Shown piece by piece: positions 34,901-47,200 of a stretch of DNA of 64,000 bases (positions within the stretch are counted from its first letter, which is position 1; each line of letters opens with the position of its first letter). This stretch comes from Pavona decussata. Taxonomy: Eukaryota. Position numbers and translations under genes: made by a program. The stretch covers positions 6,262,001 to 6,326,000 of the forward strand of contig CDRNST010000060.1 of the NCBI GenBank assembly GCA_977016875.1, in the 5' to 3' direction. A model generated the notes under the pieces. The model saw only the letters and a program-made list of their open reading frames with translations. It did no database searches and had not been told where the DNA came from.

Positions 34901-37900
34901 CAATGGCTTACGTCAATTACGGTGTCATTTATCCAGGATGTCTTTGTCTCTCAGCCAATCAAAGTCATTTTCCTAGCTTCTTTGCTGTCACTCATTATCA
35001 AGAAGCCACCAGAACGTGAAAAAGTTTACGGTATGTCTTTTAAAAAGGAGGATCAGTCTAGTCAGACAGTCACTGGACCACCAGAGGGCGACGAACTTGA
35101 GAAAGCAAGGGACTTCAGGGCTAAAGTTCAAGACATGTACAAGGTTTTTGCTGAAGTCACAATTTTCTTGATTTTCGTGTTACTGTTGATGATCGTTTGT
35201 TATGCAAATCGAGGATCTACGCGTTATATGCTGACAAACTCGATGGAAGACGCCTTTAAAGACTTTAAGGTGAGCTTAAGATTAAGAGTTTCTTGTTATA
35301 TCAGCTGATGATAATTGCTTTTAATAAGTACGTAAATTATGATAATCCGGGTGAGTGTAGTCGTAAGCAGGACTATTTGAGGTGACATTGACTGACGTTT
35401 CATCTTTAGAGTCAAGTAAATTGTGGAACGTCAGTAGATGGTATAATTGTCTCTTGTTGTTCACTTGATTGGTCAAAAAGGCGAGATGTTATTGGTCTTT
35501 TGTCAGGTTCAAATCATTCATATCATTATTGCTATTGTTTTGCATTTATAAGATCGCAAAAATATTCATGAAAAAACTTCATGAAACTTGATCTGACAAA
35601 GTTGGGAAAACATACTGTTGTTCTTTTAACTCAATATTGGAAGGTGTGGAGATGTGAAATTTGTTTAAGCTAACTCAAGTTTACTATGCAAAGGAATTGA
35701 AGTTGAAGACGAATATTAAATCGTGGTTGCTGAAGTAATCTGTTTAAAAAGTTTAAGTCGTTTAAAAAAAATCGGCTGCGCCTCGTTTTTTCAACCTACT
35801 TCTCAGTGTTTGGATATCTGATGAAACACTCTTCCTCGTGTCTGATATATGACATGAAGTTATCAAACTTAATAATTAAAATGTTTATGTTAATTAGTTT
35901 CTCTTTTGTCAATAACATTCATGTTGTTGAATATTAGCCTGCGAAAAGCAGACGCTCTCCCATGACTTACACAGCTGAAAAACTCCATATGGCTGGCATG
36001 CATATTTGATTGAATTGCGCCTCTTATTGGTCGTAAACTGCTTTTCATTTGCTATAAACAGTCGTGGGTTATAACTGCAGAATAGGGGTTGCACCACCTC
36101 ATTGCTATATCCACGCTTCATTGGGGTGATGTACTGGCCTTATAAACTTAGATCCTGACTGGTGTTTTCTTTATTCAAGCAAAGAAACATTTCCTCCTCA
36201 TTTTGGAAATGGACGAGGGGTCGCCTTTTGCCAGCCCTGTATGATACCAGGTGGTACAATGGCTGGATTTTTGACTACGAAGAAGGATTCGTGGGCAACA
36301 GAGAACTGTTTATGGTTGGCATGCCTCGCCTCCGACAAATTAGAGTGAAATCAGGTAAGCTTCAAAAGATGTTACACCAAAGTACCATTACATTTATATA
36401 GCGCGACGAAAAAGAAAACATCATCGCGGTTTTTTTTTCATATTTCACTGAGAAAATGTCGTGATTTAATGTGTTTGTCCATCAGAGACCATGAGATTGA
36501 TCCCTTCGGGAACGTTCCCTTTTTATAGGAAGGTGAGAAGGGATAGGTGATGGTGGTGGTAGAATTTGTCTATACAGTGAAATGTACTCGGTGTTCTCAG
36601 AATGTCATTTTTCTCTAATGTCAACCCCATCTCCAACTCTCAGAGAATAAAGGAAAAGAAATGTTGGATTACACTTCACATCTAATTAAGAGAGTTTTTT
36701 CGTTCACGTCGTGGTGATTGTTAGAAAACCCGTCGGACCATCAGGCTCCTCTTTTTTCTTTTTCTTTTCCTCAATTTATTTTCTTCGCATACCCTCCTCC
36801 TCCTCCTCAAATTTCACCACCCCACCCCTCTTCGTAAGTCATCTGCAAATTTCCGAGTATGCCTGTGTCATTTTCTGATTAATACATCATTCTCATTTAT
36901 TCACCAGGCTTAACATATTCTATCACATTATTTCCATTGCGCATATGCTCAGTGGTAGAGCATCCGAACTAGTAATCGGAAGGTCTTAGGTTCGATTCCT
37001 GATAGGAGCACTTGGATTTTTTTTCAGAATATGCCCGTGTCATTTACCGATTAATACATCATTCTCAAATATAATATACTTTGAAAAAATATTGGTGGAT
37101 ACTGGTACCTTGGTCTATTGTGATCATTGCAAAGAATACGTACAAACAGTATGACTGTCACAAGTGCTGGGTGTAAGATATCGCTTGCCATGTTTTGTTT
37201 CAATCACAAAAGTGGGCAATAAATAATCACTTTTTCTTTTTTTTTGCAGTTAACAACTGTCAAGTATTCGAGAAAGTATCTCAACTGGGAGAAAAGTTCA
37301 GCAGGTGTGTTCCTCTCTATTCTTCAAAACACGAATACAAAACTTCCTTTAATTTGCCAAAGTGGATTCCAGTCACAAATATGAGCGTGTTTCAATCAGT
37401 CTTTGAACTGGAGAAGATGTGTCCCAAACCCTGGAGATATCGTTCGTCTTCGGAGCTACAGACATTATCGTTTCAAGGCGTTTATAGCACGTACGATGGA
37501 GGAGGGTTTGTGGCTGATTTGGGATACAATGTAAAGTCTGCCTTAAACGTATTGAACAAGCTAGAGGCAAACAACTGGATCGATGAGTTCTCGGTGGCTG
37601 TTTTTATAGAATATACGGTGTTTAATCCTTCAAGCTCGTTATTCAGTGTAGCAAAATGCCTTTATGAGCGATTCCCGACCGGTGGGGTGGCCTTTTCAAG
37701 AAGCGTTAAAACACTGACTTTGTACAAGTCATCGAGCAACAACTTTCAAAAGTTTTACGAGGTCTGTCAACTGCTATTTATGGTTATCATTTTAATTCTC
37801 GTTGTGAATGAGGTTTCCAAGATTTATCGCCAACGAAAGAAGTACTTTACTGGTTTTTGGAATTGGATGGAGCTCGTTCAAATCGTTACAGCTGTGTGTG

Positions 37901-38907
37901 CCGTTGTCATGTTTTTCTTGAAAGCTAAATACACGAGTTTATTCGTGAAGAGGGTTAGGAACAACCCCTTTGAGACGTCAAGTGCTGATTACATTGTCCT
38001 CTGGTCAAGCGTTGAGATTTATGTGTTATCATTTCTCATATTCATAGTAACCATGAAGTTCCTTCGCCTCATACGGTTCAACCGCCATGTTTGTCAGATG
38101 ATGGGAACACTCGCAAGAGCGGCCAATCCGCTCATTTCATTTTTCTTCGTTTTTGTAGCAGCAGTCTTAGCCTACACTCAGATGGCGTTTCTCCTGTTTG
38201 GTTCGACTTTGGATCCATATTCCTCTTTTTTCGACTCGTTGCGTGCATTGTTACAGATGCTCTTAGGAGGAAACATGTTTTTCTATAAGTTAAAATCAAC
38301 GGACGGGTTATTGGGTCCTTTGTTTGTGTTTTCTTACATGTTTACAATGATGATGATCTTGATAAATACGTTTATTGCCATTTTGAACGAGTCTTACACA
38401 GAGGTTGTAGAATTGCCAGAGAACGACTTCACCAACGCTGATTTGGGATCATTTATAGCAGTTTACCTGAGCAGGAATCTGAAGATTTTGGGAAAACGGT
38501 TTGCGTCATTACTGAAAAGGCCATTTAAAGATATAAACTCTAAAATGAAACGGAAAAACAAAAGGTGGAATAAAAAGGAATGCAAAGAAGCAACGGAAAT
38601 CGATAGATTATTTTCTAATGAAGTCGAGAAGGGGAGAGGCATTACGACAGTTTGTCCAATTGCATCACTGGAGTCTCTTGAAGAAATTGATGAAATGCCC
38701 GACGAGAACGATGATGAAAATAATTTAGTCACATTTGCAGACTCTGGCAATGTCTCCCTGTCTGTGCTCTCTATAGACGAGCTGTACGAGGCAAAGGAAG
38801 ATGATGAAGTCACAGGGTTGCTACAGGAAGTCAAAGAGGTTGCTGGCTCTATGGAATTCATTCTAGGCGTCACCCCGTTGCGGCCAATAAAGGAATCTAT
38901 TGTTTAA
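16831..38907 (+). CDS. Polycystin-1-like (PKD1L2/REJ-like) protein, gene B, complete, about 2350 aa: SP, F5/8C, SEA-like, REJ, GAIN/GPS, TM1, PLAT, TM2-5, TOP, channel domain
   Basis: Coding exons 16831-16921, 20679-21016, 22693-22834, 23519-23628, 24748-24806, 25483-25637, 25995-26688, 27473-27919, 28340-28484, 28788-28964, 29595-29720, 29942-30163, 30286-30534, 31471-32214, 32903-33139, 33986-35269, 36180-36354, 37250-38907. All GT-AG with compatible phases; total 7053 nt; colinear with gene C. Confidence 0.9.
20679..22834 (+). CDS. Gene B F5/8 type C (discoidin) domain, two exons (20679-21016, 22693-22834)
   Basis: CSKSLGISDNRIRDNQMSAES...VITGIATQGYG...FIGNFD...ALRMELYGC, hallmark FA58C motifs. 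Confidence 0.88.
21221..21990. mobile_element. Non-autonomous TIR DNA transposon with TTAA target sites (Kolobok-like)
   Basis: TTAA|GGTGGCTGAACACAGTTT ... AAACTGTATTCGGCCACC|TTAA; purine-purine termini. Confidence 0.8.
21995..22548 (+). mobile_element. Kolobok-like non-autonomous element with long imperfect TIRs and a THAP-domain relic
   Basis: TTAA|AGTGCCTATGAAGCGAAAATTG ... CAATTTTCGCTTCATAGGCACT|TTAA; inverted similarity extends about 140 bp; internal MAEEKKNKRQRGLYCVAGVRNKESCQN* from 22188 resembles a THAP N-terminus. Confidence 0.8.
23080..23310. mobile_element. Penelope-like terminal-repeat fragment, inverted pair, same family
   Basis: GGGGTTAGTT...GTGCTGACCGGTTTCG followed by CGAAACGTCAGCACTGGAATCTCTTTACGGTGGCCAAATTA. 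Confidence 0.65.
23519..25637 (+). CDS. Gene B SEA-like domain, three exons (23519-23628, 24748-24806, 25483-25637)
   Basis: FVAWITISNSRFTLAYADNRSEAYLALEKEI...PGFLYADLRTFS resembles SEA domains (MUC1 GGFLGLSNIKFR|PGSVVV), with a phase-2 intron at the matching position. Confidence 0.65.
24344..24648. mobile_element. Small non-autonomous element with a subterminal inverted repeat and terminal palindrome, apparently nested in another repeat
   Basis: TAGCATACCTCAGTGA (24344) is inverted at TCACTGAGGTATGTTA (24517); palindrome AACAATTAGACGGC...GCCGTCTAATTGTT at 24534-24644. Confidence 0.65.
25180..25345 (-). mobile_element. LINE (CR1/L2-type) ORF2 C-terminal fragment
   Basis: Minus strand reads CRTKIKQLTILHQGPKTWNSLP, a typical ORF2 C-terminal motif. 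Confidence 0.7.
25995..28484 (+). CDS. Gene B REJ module (exons 25995-26688, 27473-27919, 28340-28484)
   Basis: VTLDASESYDPD, CTSNC, GCSVTPSEGIVLTTEFNISCSGWTDDDLPLNYEF and LPLG motifs typical of REJ domains. Confidence 0.85.
28621..28784. other. Assembly gap (164 N) inside a gene B intron
   Basis: Run of N ending 3 nt before the exon at 28788. Confidence 0.99.
31147..31415 (-). mobile_element. tRNA-derived SINE, apparently full length
   Basis: Minus strand has A box TGGCGCAGTGG and B box GGTTCGATTCC at the 5' end, a GGGTACTCCGGTTTTCCCC core and a T-rich tail. Confidence 0.88.
31471..33139 (+). CDS. Gene B GAIN-B/GPS and TM1 (exons 31471-32214, 32903-33139)
   Basis: CLYWSEKKQSWTNEGC...HCLCTHL|SAFGG GPS consensus followed by a hydrophobic TM1. 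Confidence 0.9.
32445..32655. repeat. Degenerate palindrome-bearing interspersed repeat
   Basis: TTGAGTACGGC...GCCGTACTCAA hairpin plus CCAATCAGATTGCA motif. Confidence 0.5.
33986..35269 (+). CDS. Gene B PLAT plus TM2-TM6 exon
   Basis: ORF 33968-35308; IRIWHDNSGESPAWF; homologous to 254-1519. Confidence 0.93.
35340..35500 (-). mobile_element. Second Penelope-like terminal fragment with a deleted hammerhead core
   Basis: Minus strand GACTCTAAAGATGAAACGTCAGTC...GACTACACTCACCCGGA. Confidence 0.45.
36850..37066 (+). mobile_element. Same tRNA-Thr-derived repeat family, permuted copy
   Basis: GCTCAGTGGTAGAGCATCCGAACTAGTAATCGGAAGGTCTTAGGTTCGATTCCTGATAGGAG, with the ...TATGCC.GTGTCATTT...TTAATACATCATTCTC segment on both sides. 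Confidence 0.8.
37250..38907 (+). CDS. Gene B terminal exon: TOP domain, polycystin channel TMs, acidic C-tail
   Basis: ORF 37195-38907; YDGGGFVADLG, KFLRLIRFN, INTFIAILNESY. Confidence 0.93.
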
Positions 38908-39263
38908 GAGAGACTAATACAGTATATTCAACCTTGAGCTTGCTAGCCTAAGAAATGTATTGATAGACCAGCAGTAAGCAGTAAACATCAGATTCTCTTG
39001 TAGGGCCTGCAGTTTTTGAATCGATGAAATCGGATGTAACACTAAACGCTAAAAACACTTGGTGTACTCAGATATCCACGGTCTCCCACTGGTGAAAATT
39101 AACATTTTTGTTAAAGCTAAATGGCTTTTTGTATTCAGTAATCAGCATGCCTGTGCGAAAAGTAAAAGACGTGAAGAATGCCTATAAAACTGCCAAATCG
39201 CTTCAACTTGTATAACTAACATCAGTGGACCAAACCATTGAATTAATTGCAATGTAATATTTA

Positions 39264-39269
39264 AATAAA
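39264..39269 (+). terminator. Candidate polyadenylation signal of gene B
   Basis: AATAAA about 360 nt after the stop codon, with a GT/T-rich tract downstream. Confidence 0.35.
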
Positions 39270-39689
39270 ACTGACATCAAAGAAAGTATTTGATGAAGTA
39301 ATATAAAATGTAGTGTCTTTACTTTGCGTTTTTATGCGAGTTAGAAAGTCTTATAACTAAAAAGGATATACAGTATACATATATAACAAAATACAAAAAC
39401 AAGAATTTCAATTGATGTTAAATCGTAAATTGATTACATACCTCAGTTAAATATATCTTATGCTAATGCATATGTAATGGAGTTCTTGTAATCTATAGAT
39501 TCATACGCACTCTTCCCGCGTCCCCGATGGGGCTTTCCAAGAGTAACAATCAAGTTATTGAGAAACTCCTAACGTTGAAATATACAATAGTTAATGTGCA
39601 TGAAGTTTTGAAGGAACATAGATTCATGTAAGAGCCCGTCGCTGTAAACAAACCTGAGAGACTGGACTTCGGACTATGATTAACCCTTA

Positions 39690-39935
39690 TGTTTGGTTTT
39701 ATAAAGGTAATCTGACCATCCTTTAGAGATTCGGGTGCTGAAGTTTCGACCGTTAGCCCTTCGTCACGACGAATCCTGACGAAGGGTGCAGTAACTCTAG
39801 AAACCACAGTCAGCACTCGAATCTCTTCACGATGGCCAAATTACCTTTAGATATCAACTCTGTTGTTAAAGCCAAACATTCATTTCCACTCCCCACCGAC
39901 GAAGCACCGCAGTTTCTTTAGAAACTAACCCCTAC
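39690..39935. mobile_element. Penelope-like terminal-repeat fragment in inverted arrangement, with degenerate hammerhead cores
   Basis: Minus strand GTGACGAAGGGCTAACGGTCGAAACTTC abuts plus strand CTGACGAAGGG...GAAAC; ends in CCCCACCGACGAAGCACCGCAGTTTCTTTAGAAACTAACCCC. Confidence 0.7.
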
Positions 39936-41419
39936 CCTATGGTTGAATCTTACTCTACCCTAGAAAGTTAAGTTTGTAAGTTACATGTCTTTGTTCGCCC
40001 TTTCAAAACTTGTAAGCCGAACTGTTTTGCATTCTCGCAAATACATCAATCAGAGTTGTATTGCGATGTAAGCGGTGATTAAAAGTGTGTTCAGAGAAAA
40101 GCTGTGTTTGTTCGCGTTTCATAACATCAACTGTATTTTTGTCTATATAGAGATCTGACCAGCCTGTGTTTCTGATCTGGCACATTTTTCGTAGTAATAA
40201 CAGGTTACATCAATCTGCGCACATAATTCTCACGGGTATTAAAATTTTTTCAGAACATGCGAGATGAAAAAAAAATTACAAATAATTATCGTGTGGATAA
40301 TTGATAGCTTCATTCGAATACGTCATAACATTTAATGGTACAATTATAGAATCCCACGCCAATTTTTGCTTATTTGTACAGCTGATAACTGGAAACCGAC
40401 TTTTGTTTTCGACAAGTACCATTGCTAAAAATTTGGGCTATTAAAATTTGTCGTAATTAGTTAATGGTCTTTTGTACGAAAGTTTTATTCAAAATACACA
40501 CAGTTTTAATAGGCCAGACTGTTTCGAGTCCACTTCTAAGTGCAAACGTATCGGCTTCATTGACTCGAGTAACACTGAAAGTGCCTTAACACTTCTTTTG
40601 TACTTAAAGAAGTTGGCAACCGATTCTACCCAAAGATTCATCTCGACTGCCATGATGGAAAATAGTTTAAATGATTTTTTCTCTTTATTAGTGAAATTAA
40701 CTTCCGCCTGACAATAAAAATGCCACTAACTATCCTTTGAGAATCTCTGCCTGACAAGTTTTATGATTCAGACACGCTTTCTTGTGCCTAACTTATATCG
40801 AAGACATATACGTATGGAGGATATCTGCAGTGCCAACGAGTATTACGGGATCTGAAAGCAACACGGCTGTTTCCTTTGAACATGCAGTTACTGACAAATA
40901 ATTGGTTACTGAGGCTGCGTGAATATTGCTCATGATTAAATGGGGTGGCTTAACCTCCATTTAGTAGAATGTGGTGCTCTAAAATGACCAGAGATGAAGG
41001 ATTTCAGTCGATTACAAATTATTATCACAGCGTTGAAGATTCGCATTTCATCGTCACGTATTACCATGAAATTTAAGTTTATCAATTAAAAAAAAAAAAA
41101 ACAACAACGTTCGTTTCTTCTTGTAAATAAATGTGTTTAGATTTCCAATATATTTTTTCTATTATAAAATAATCCCTCTGTAAATAAATCATTATTCTGG
41201 TCCGTGCTCTTTCTGTGGATATTAGTGGAGTCATTTTGTTACCTCGTTACTCTGTTCGTCTTCATTCAGATTTGACCTCGTTTGCTTCCACGTTTATATC
41301 TCGGATCTGTTAATAACTATAGTGAAAAAAATCTACGAGAAATTACCAAATTTCATTTGTAAAAATATTAAAGAAAACAGGACCATCTCAAAAGTACTGC
41401 TGTAAAGGGCGGTTGATTC

Positions 41420-41572
41420 ATTTATAGAAAGGTATACTGTGCTATACTCGCTGTGCATGTTTCGAGACTTTCTTTTTACAAGAAAGGCGCCTTCCACTTC
41501 CGAGGACTTACTTGAACGGAGCGTGGCACTATTTTTTTTATGTCTGTGAAGACTTGGTAAGTGAAATTTTTA
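41420..41572 (+). promoter_or_regulatory. Candidate promoter and non-coding first exon of gene C
   Basis: TATA-like TTTATAGAAA at 41421 and donor TTG|GTAAGTGAAATTTTTA at 41556. Confidence 0.35.
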
Positions 41573-44265
41573 TAAGCTGCTCTTTCTTTTGCAATTCTCT
41601 TTAAAAGTATAACATTGTTTTTTTTTCAGTTTAGCTCTGGATTTTAACAATGGCTCGGCTCCGGGGAGTTTATGAGTAAAGTAAAATTATATTGAAACCA
41701 TTACTGAATTATAATATATATTTATATTGCTTTCATTACCTGTGAAAAAATAGAGCACTTTAAACTACAAACACACAACCAAGGTGCTGCAGAAATAAGA
41801 AAGGATTTTCACGATGAAATTTAACTCAAATGGAATTTTATTTCATGTTATCACTGAATAAATTGCGAAACGATTTTGCCAGCCTTAACTGATTTCTCTT
41901 CGACATATTACTGTTGCGAACTGAATGTTTATTATTTTTTCCTCACAGAAAAACTGCGGTAACAGACGACGTCATTAGAAATTAATTTATGATCACTGAA
42001 GAATGGACTTTCGTGGTTTTCAAACCTTTCTATTGCTGGTACCAACAGTATTTGGAAAACAAAGTTATGATTTTCAAGGTATAACAAGTTTCCAGTTACA
42101 TTCTTGATTTTACCGTTTCGACTTAGAAACACTGTAGCTTAACAACGTTCTTTTCATCCCTGACGTGAATACCTCTCTTTTTTTTCAAAGTTAAAAATAT
42201 CAAGCCAATGTTTACATGCGATAAATTCATTTGAAGAGTCTTGATCAGGGTTACAAATCAACACTGCGTGGAAAAAAGAAAACCAGCTCCATTAAAGTCG
42301 TCATATCCAAAAACCAACTCGGTGCATGCAAGCAAACAAACAAAAAGCAACAAAAACAACAACAAAACGAGAACCCTAGCCTTTGATGACGTGTTTCTAG
42401 AATGGCCAACAGAACTTTTAGTGTTTCTCCTCTAATCGCCCCTAAAAAAGTCTTCAGTGGGGGATAAACGTGGGGGATAAAAGGATATTAGAAAAAGAGA
42501 AGAAACTAAAGATGTAAAGGTGTTAAAATTAATAGATTTACAACAAAACAGTTTGTCATCAACGTCAAATGCTCCTGGTTTGTATTTTTATATTTTTTGT
42601 ATTTATTATATTTTTATATTTTCGGTATTTTTTTTAGTAGATACAATATGTTTATCTGAGTACCGCAGCCTTGTTACACAATTTATTTCAACAAAAGATG
42701 CAATAAGCTAGCCAAGGATTAAGTGAGAAAAATATATACACGTACAAGTGTATGTAGCTGGATCTCAGGAAAGGACTGTCAGACTGCTGATCTGTCGGGG
42801 CCGGCTGATCATCCTCTCAATTCTCATTATTTCATCGGTCTATTGTAATAACAAGCCATGTACAGGACTTTGCCGGCAACAAAACGTTTTCTCGCAGAAG
42901 GTTTAAAAAGCCCTATAAATTAAGAAAATTCTCATTCATTCATTTTGTTCTCCATTATTTGTTATAGCTTGGAAACTGAAGCGATATAACCCTTTCACCT
43001 GTTCACATTTTTCACTGTTTGTTTGAAATAAATAATAAAAAGTCTTTTCAAAACTGCAAGTATTTCGAAAATTAATAAAAAAGTTGGAGGCTTCTGGTTA
43101 CGTGCGGTGTAGCGAGTTCTTTGCTTTTCGTTCCTTTTTGCATTGTACAATTGGTTTATTAATTTTTTCTGTATGGGAAAAGTTCGCTATTAATAATTGA
43201 ACTGTGTCTCGTCTTTGTAAACAAAATGACAATAACTGTCATATAACCGATTTTTACTAGTTGAGGTGAGTAATAAAATGGACTATAACTAGAAAAATGG
43301 GTATTAAGCGGCTTTTGATTATATACGGTGCTATATTCTGTGTTAGTCTCCTGACGAAACAAGATTATTGCTTCACACTATCAGCGACATTAAAACCTTT
43401 GTAAGGCCTCCTCTAGGGCTGTAACACACCTGTCCAGTGGGATATTTACCGTTAAAAATAATTATTTCAAAAGCAAACCTCAAGCTTATGCAGAGGTGAA
43501 AAGAATAATTTTTCATAACCAAATCTCGAGGCGCTCAATACATCTAGTAGCGCCTAATATCCGCCCTTTTCGTTCTGATGTTGACATTGTGAGATAAAAA
43601 ATTCTCCAAGCTAAGATCTCTAATGATCAGGTGAAAATGCTTTCCTTGTTCGTCTCGCCGTCGTTTAAATTATTGAAAGATATTGAAATAGGAAACTTAT
43701 AATAAGGTTGTTGCCTTTGTCCTTGGTCTTTTGTATTATTGGCTTAAAAGCCTTCCTTGAACGCGATTTTCAGGTGAAGTTATATCTACGTTTGATGTCA
43801 CTAGCGTTCTTTCAGCCTACTTTTAACTCGTGTAGCCTTTTGATTATGCAATGTCGAGGATTGCAAACAGTTGCCGGCATTCAAAACTGTTGTATTCCAA
43901 TAAGATTAATATCTAAAGTTGTTTTCGACAGCAGGAGTTTAAAAAGGCCTTTAAATAATGATAACTGAAGGCAGGTCTTAGTGGCGTGCCTTGGTAGCTT
44001 AAGCTTAGCATGAAATTTGAAAAAAAATAATGTTTATTCTTTTACCCAGGAAGTAGTACGTGTTTAATTTTATCCCTGAACTTCCAAGCTTCTGTTCTGA
44101 CGGCAGGATACTAATGACATTGAACCGGAAGCGGTTTTCCACCAATTGTCTTTCTTCTTGACATAACAAGGTTTATTCCTGCTATGAAACTAGCAAGAAG
44201 TCTACGTTATTAACACATCTTTACCGTCGTTGAGGCTTCGAACAAATTTTGGCCCATTAACAAAG

Positions 44266-47200
44266 ATGAAAGTGGCTCAGTTCCTTTGCATTTTAATCGC
44301 GTCCTTGCTGTTTAGAAAAGTTAAGCAAGACACATTCAGAATTCAAGAGATTATATGTAAGATGGGCATTTTATTTAATGTCAAAGTTTTTGGAAAAGAA
44401 AGGCCCCGCCAAGAAATTTCAAATTAGGAATGTTTCGGCAAACAGATTGAGTGGATGCATTTTAACACTATTGACCTTTCTCTTTTACTCGTCAGCCAAT
44501 TGTAGATCGCCCTTAGGCATGGAATCTGGTGCTATACCAGACAGCGCGTTGATGGCTTCTTCTACGTTGGAGAGAGATTTTGAAAAATATGGGCCAAAAA
44601 GAGCCAGACTCCATTTGAGAAAACCATCTCCTGGTTATCGCGCTGGTAACGTCAAAGCCAATCAGTCCTGGATCATGGTGGAGTTAGGGAAGGAAACTGT
44701 AGTAACTGGGATTGCTACCCAAGGTTATGGCGATACAGCAATGAAAGAGTGGGTAACCAAGTATACGCTGATGTTTTCGACTGGAAGTGTATTTTTGCAC
44801 TTCAAGGAAACCAGTGGAGAAATTAAGGTACGTGAATAGTTATTAAGAATATCTGAAGATATTAGTAGTGTCTCTTTGTATAAGCGTTCGCGAAATGGTT
44901 ACAATAGTGGTTGGGAAGTATCTTAGTTTCTGATTTTGCTAAGACTCACTTCTGATTTCAACTCTTATTTGTTCCTCTCTGCCCTAGTTTTCTACAGATC
45001 ATATATTAAAAAAAGACCAATATATGTTGCCTTATAAATGTTTAATCATCGACCATTATTCATAAGTCTAACTTTCTCTCGGAGAGATATGTCCTGAGCA
45101 TCCTTTATCGTTATTTTGAAAGGAAGCACTTATCTCAGCAATCGGAAACGACTTCCTTTAAACAAATCTGTACTATCTGCTGTCAGTACCCAGGGCTTGT
45201 TTGTAAAGCCTTCGTTTTTAATTTTCAGGCAATCCAACAATGGAATTAAACTATGCACGTCAGTGTGTTTTACCAATCACGTGCTCATCTGCTTATTAAT
45301 GACATAATTTTCAAAGTTCTCCGAAAGCATCATAATTAAGGCTTATGAAGTCACTAAGACCAATGGAGAAATTTTGTCTGTCTTCTCTTATTATGGCGAT
45401 AGCGTCAATTAGTTCCTTTAAAGAGTCCAAGACGATTCATGAACAACTTCATATGTGACAGATGTTCATTACTCATTATTCCTCACTTCTCCTTTAAGTC
45501 CAAACTTTAGGAGTTGTATTTTAATAAGTATAAATGCGCTTTTTCAGTTTCAAACATGTTTTTTTTTAATATCCTGCTGCGTACTAAAACAAATGTGAAA
45601 GAAAAATGAGAGTTGATTCTACTGTTGATATAACATTGGCGCCATAACTTAAATGCCAAATTTCACTTTAATTAAGGCTCAATGATTCCCGCAGGGTCCG
45701 CCAAAGTATAGGTTATATGAAAGTCGAAAGCAGCTTTATGCGTCAACTGGATGAGACATTAATCCGTTAAGGTATCCGGTAAAGGTGAAAATTTGGCCTA
45801 GTTCGGTGATTGTTAAAGCGAAGTTGTTACCATTAACATTCCATTTTTGGCACCGCGAAACGTGAAAGCTTTATTTCACTTGAGAATGTCTGAATTAAAA
45901 AAAGAACCAATTAGACCACTGATCTGTTATTCTGCTCTAATATTCTTTCACGAATTCGCCCCCTCCAGCTTTTGTAGTTACTAATCACCTAGAGTAGAAA
46001 TGACCTTCAAAGAAACTCTCACTTTACAAAAAATATCGCAGAGTCGATAGCCAAACTATTTATATTGTCTCTGGACCTTTCATAATTATTTGACAGAATA
46101 GCAAGCAAAATGAAAGGAATCATCAATATGCTAATTTCGGGAGCTTTTGAGAAACACACAGGTGAAAAACGTCAGGACACTCGAGCGTATTCTTAGCACC
46201 TTTAATTTTTAAAAGTTTTAAATTTTTTTAAAAAAATTTTTAAGTGAGTGAAATTAGAAACTGGAAAAGTCTAATGTAAGGCTTGTAGATGGCTGAGAGG
46301 GTTGAATGTTAGTGACATTTTGCGGCTCTAATAACACTCTTTAAACTAATTAGAAGTTGTTTAAAGCGTTGAATTTATAACTACATTTTGATCGAAATCA
46401 TAATGGACACTTTGTTGTATTTCCACTGCAAACTGAAAAGGTAGTTTATTAATTTTTATGAACAAATCCCAGGTGCCACAAGGGCCCGGGAACCTATGAA
46501 TAAAATACCCAGTATTGAGAATGATGTATTATTCCAGAAAGTGACACAGGCATACTCGGAAAAAAGAAATCCGAGTGCTCCTATCAGGAGTAGAACCTAA
46601 GACCTTCCGATTACTAGTTCGGATGCTCTACCACTGAGCTACAGGAGACTCGCAGGAGCTAAGGCCATTAAACTAGGTTCATGAAACAAACATACTGCAT
46701 ACTGCTAGGATTTGATTCATTCATTCACCAGGCTTGAAATACACCATCACATTTATTTCATATATCACACGTTCGAACGTGATGGTATATTTCAAGCCTG
46801 GTGAATGAATAAATCAGATCCTAGCAGTATGCAGGATGTTTGTCCCATGAACCTAGTTGAATGGCCTTAGAGCATCCGAACTAGTAATCGGAAGGTCTTA
46901 GGTTCGACTCCTGATAAGAGCACTCGGATTTCTTTTTTCCGAGTATGCCTGTGTCACTTTCTGGGATAATATATCATTCTCATTCATTCACCAGGCTGGA
47001 AATATGCAATCACATTTATTTCAATACCAAGTATTGTTTAACATTTTATCTAGTTACACCAGAATGAGTAAGGGTGGGATCCCGAGGTAAGAGGCCGAAT
47101 ATTAATTAGGGTTACCCTACGTGGATTTTCTATTGCTTCCCCGACACTATGTAACACTCTACCTAACCGTCAGAAATTCAGATTCAGTCCCAGTCATCTT

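Noticed and set aside
46577-46648. Functional tRNA-Thr gene
   Set aside because: T-loop mutated (TTCTA), irregular anticodon stem, and embedded in a repeat found three times in the window.
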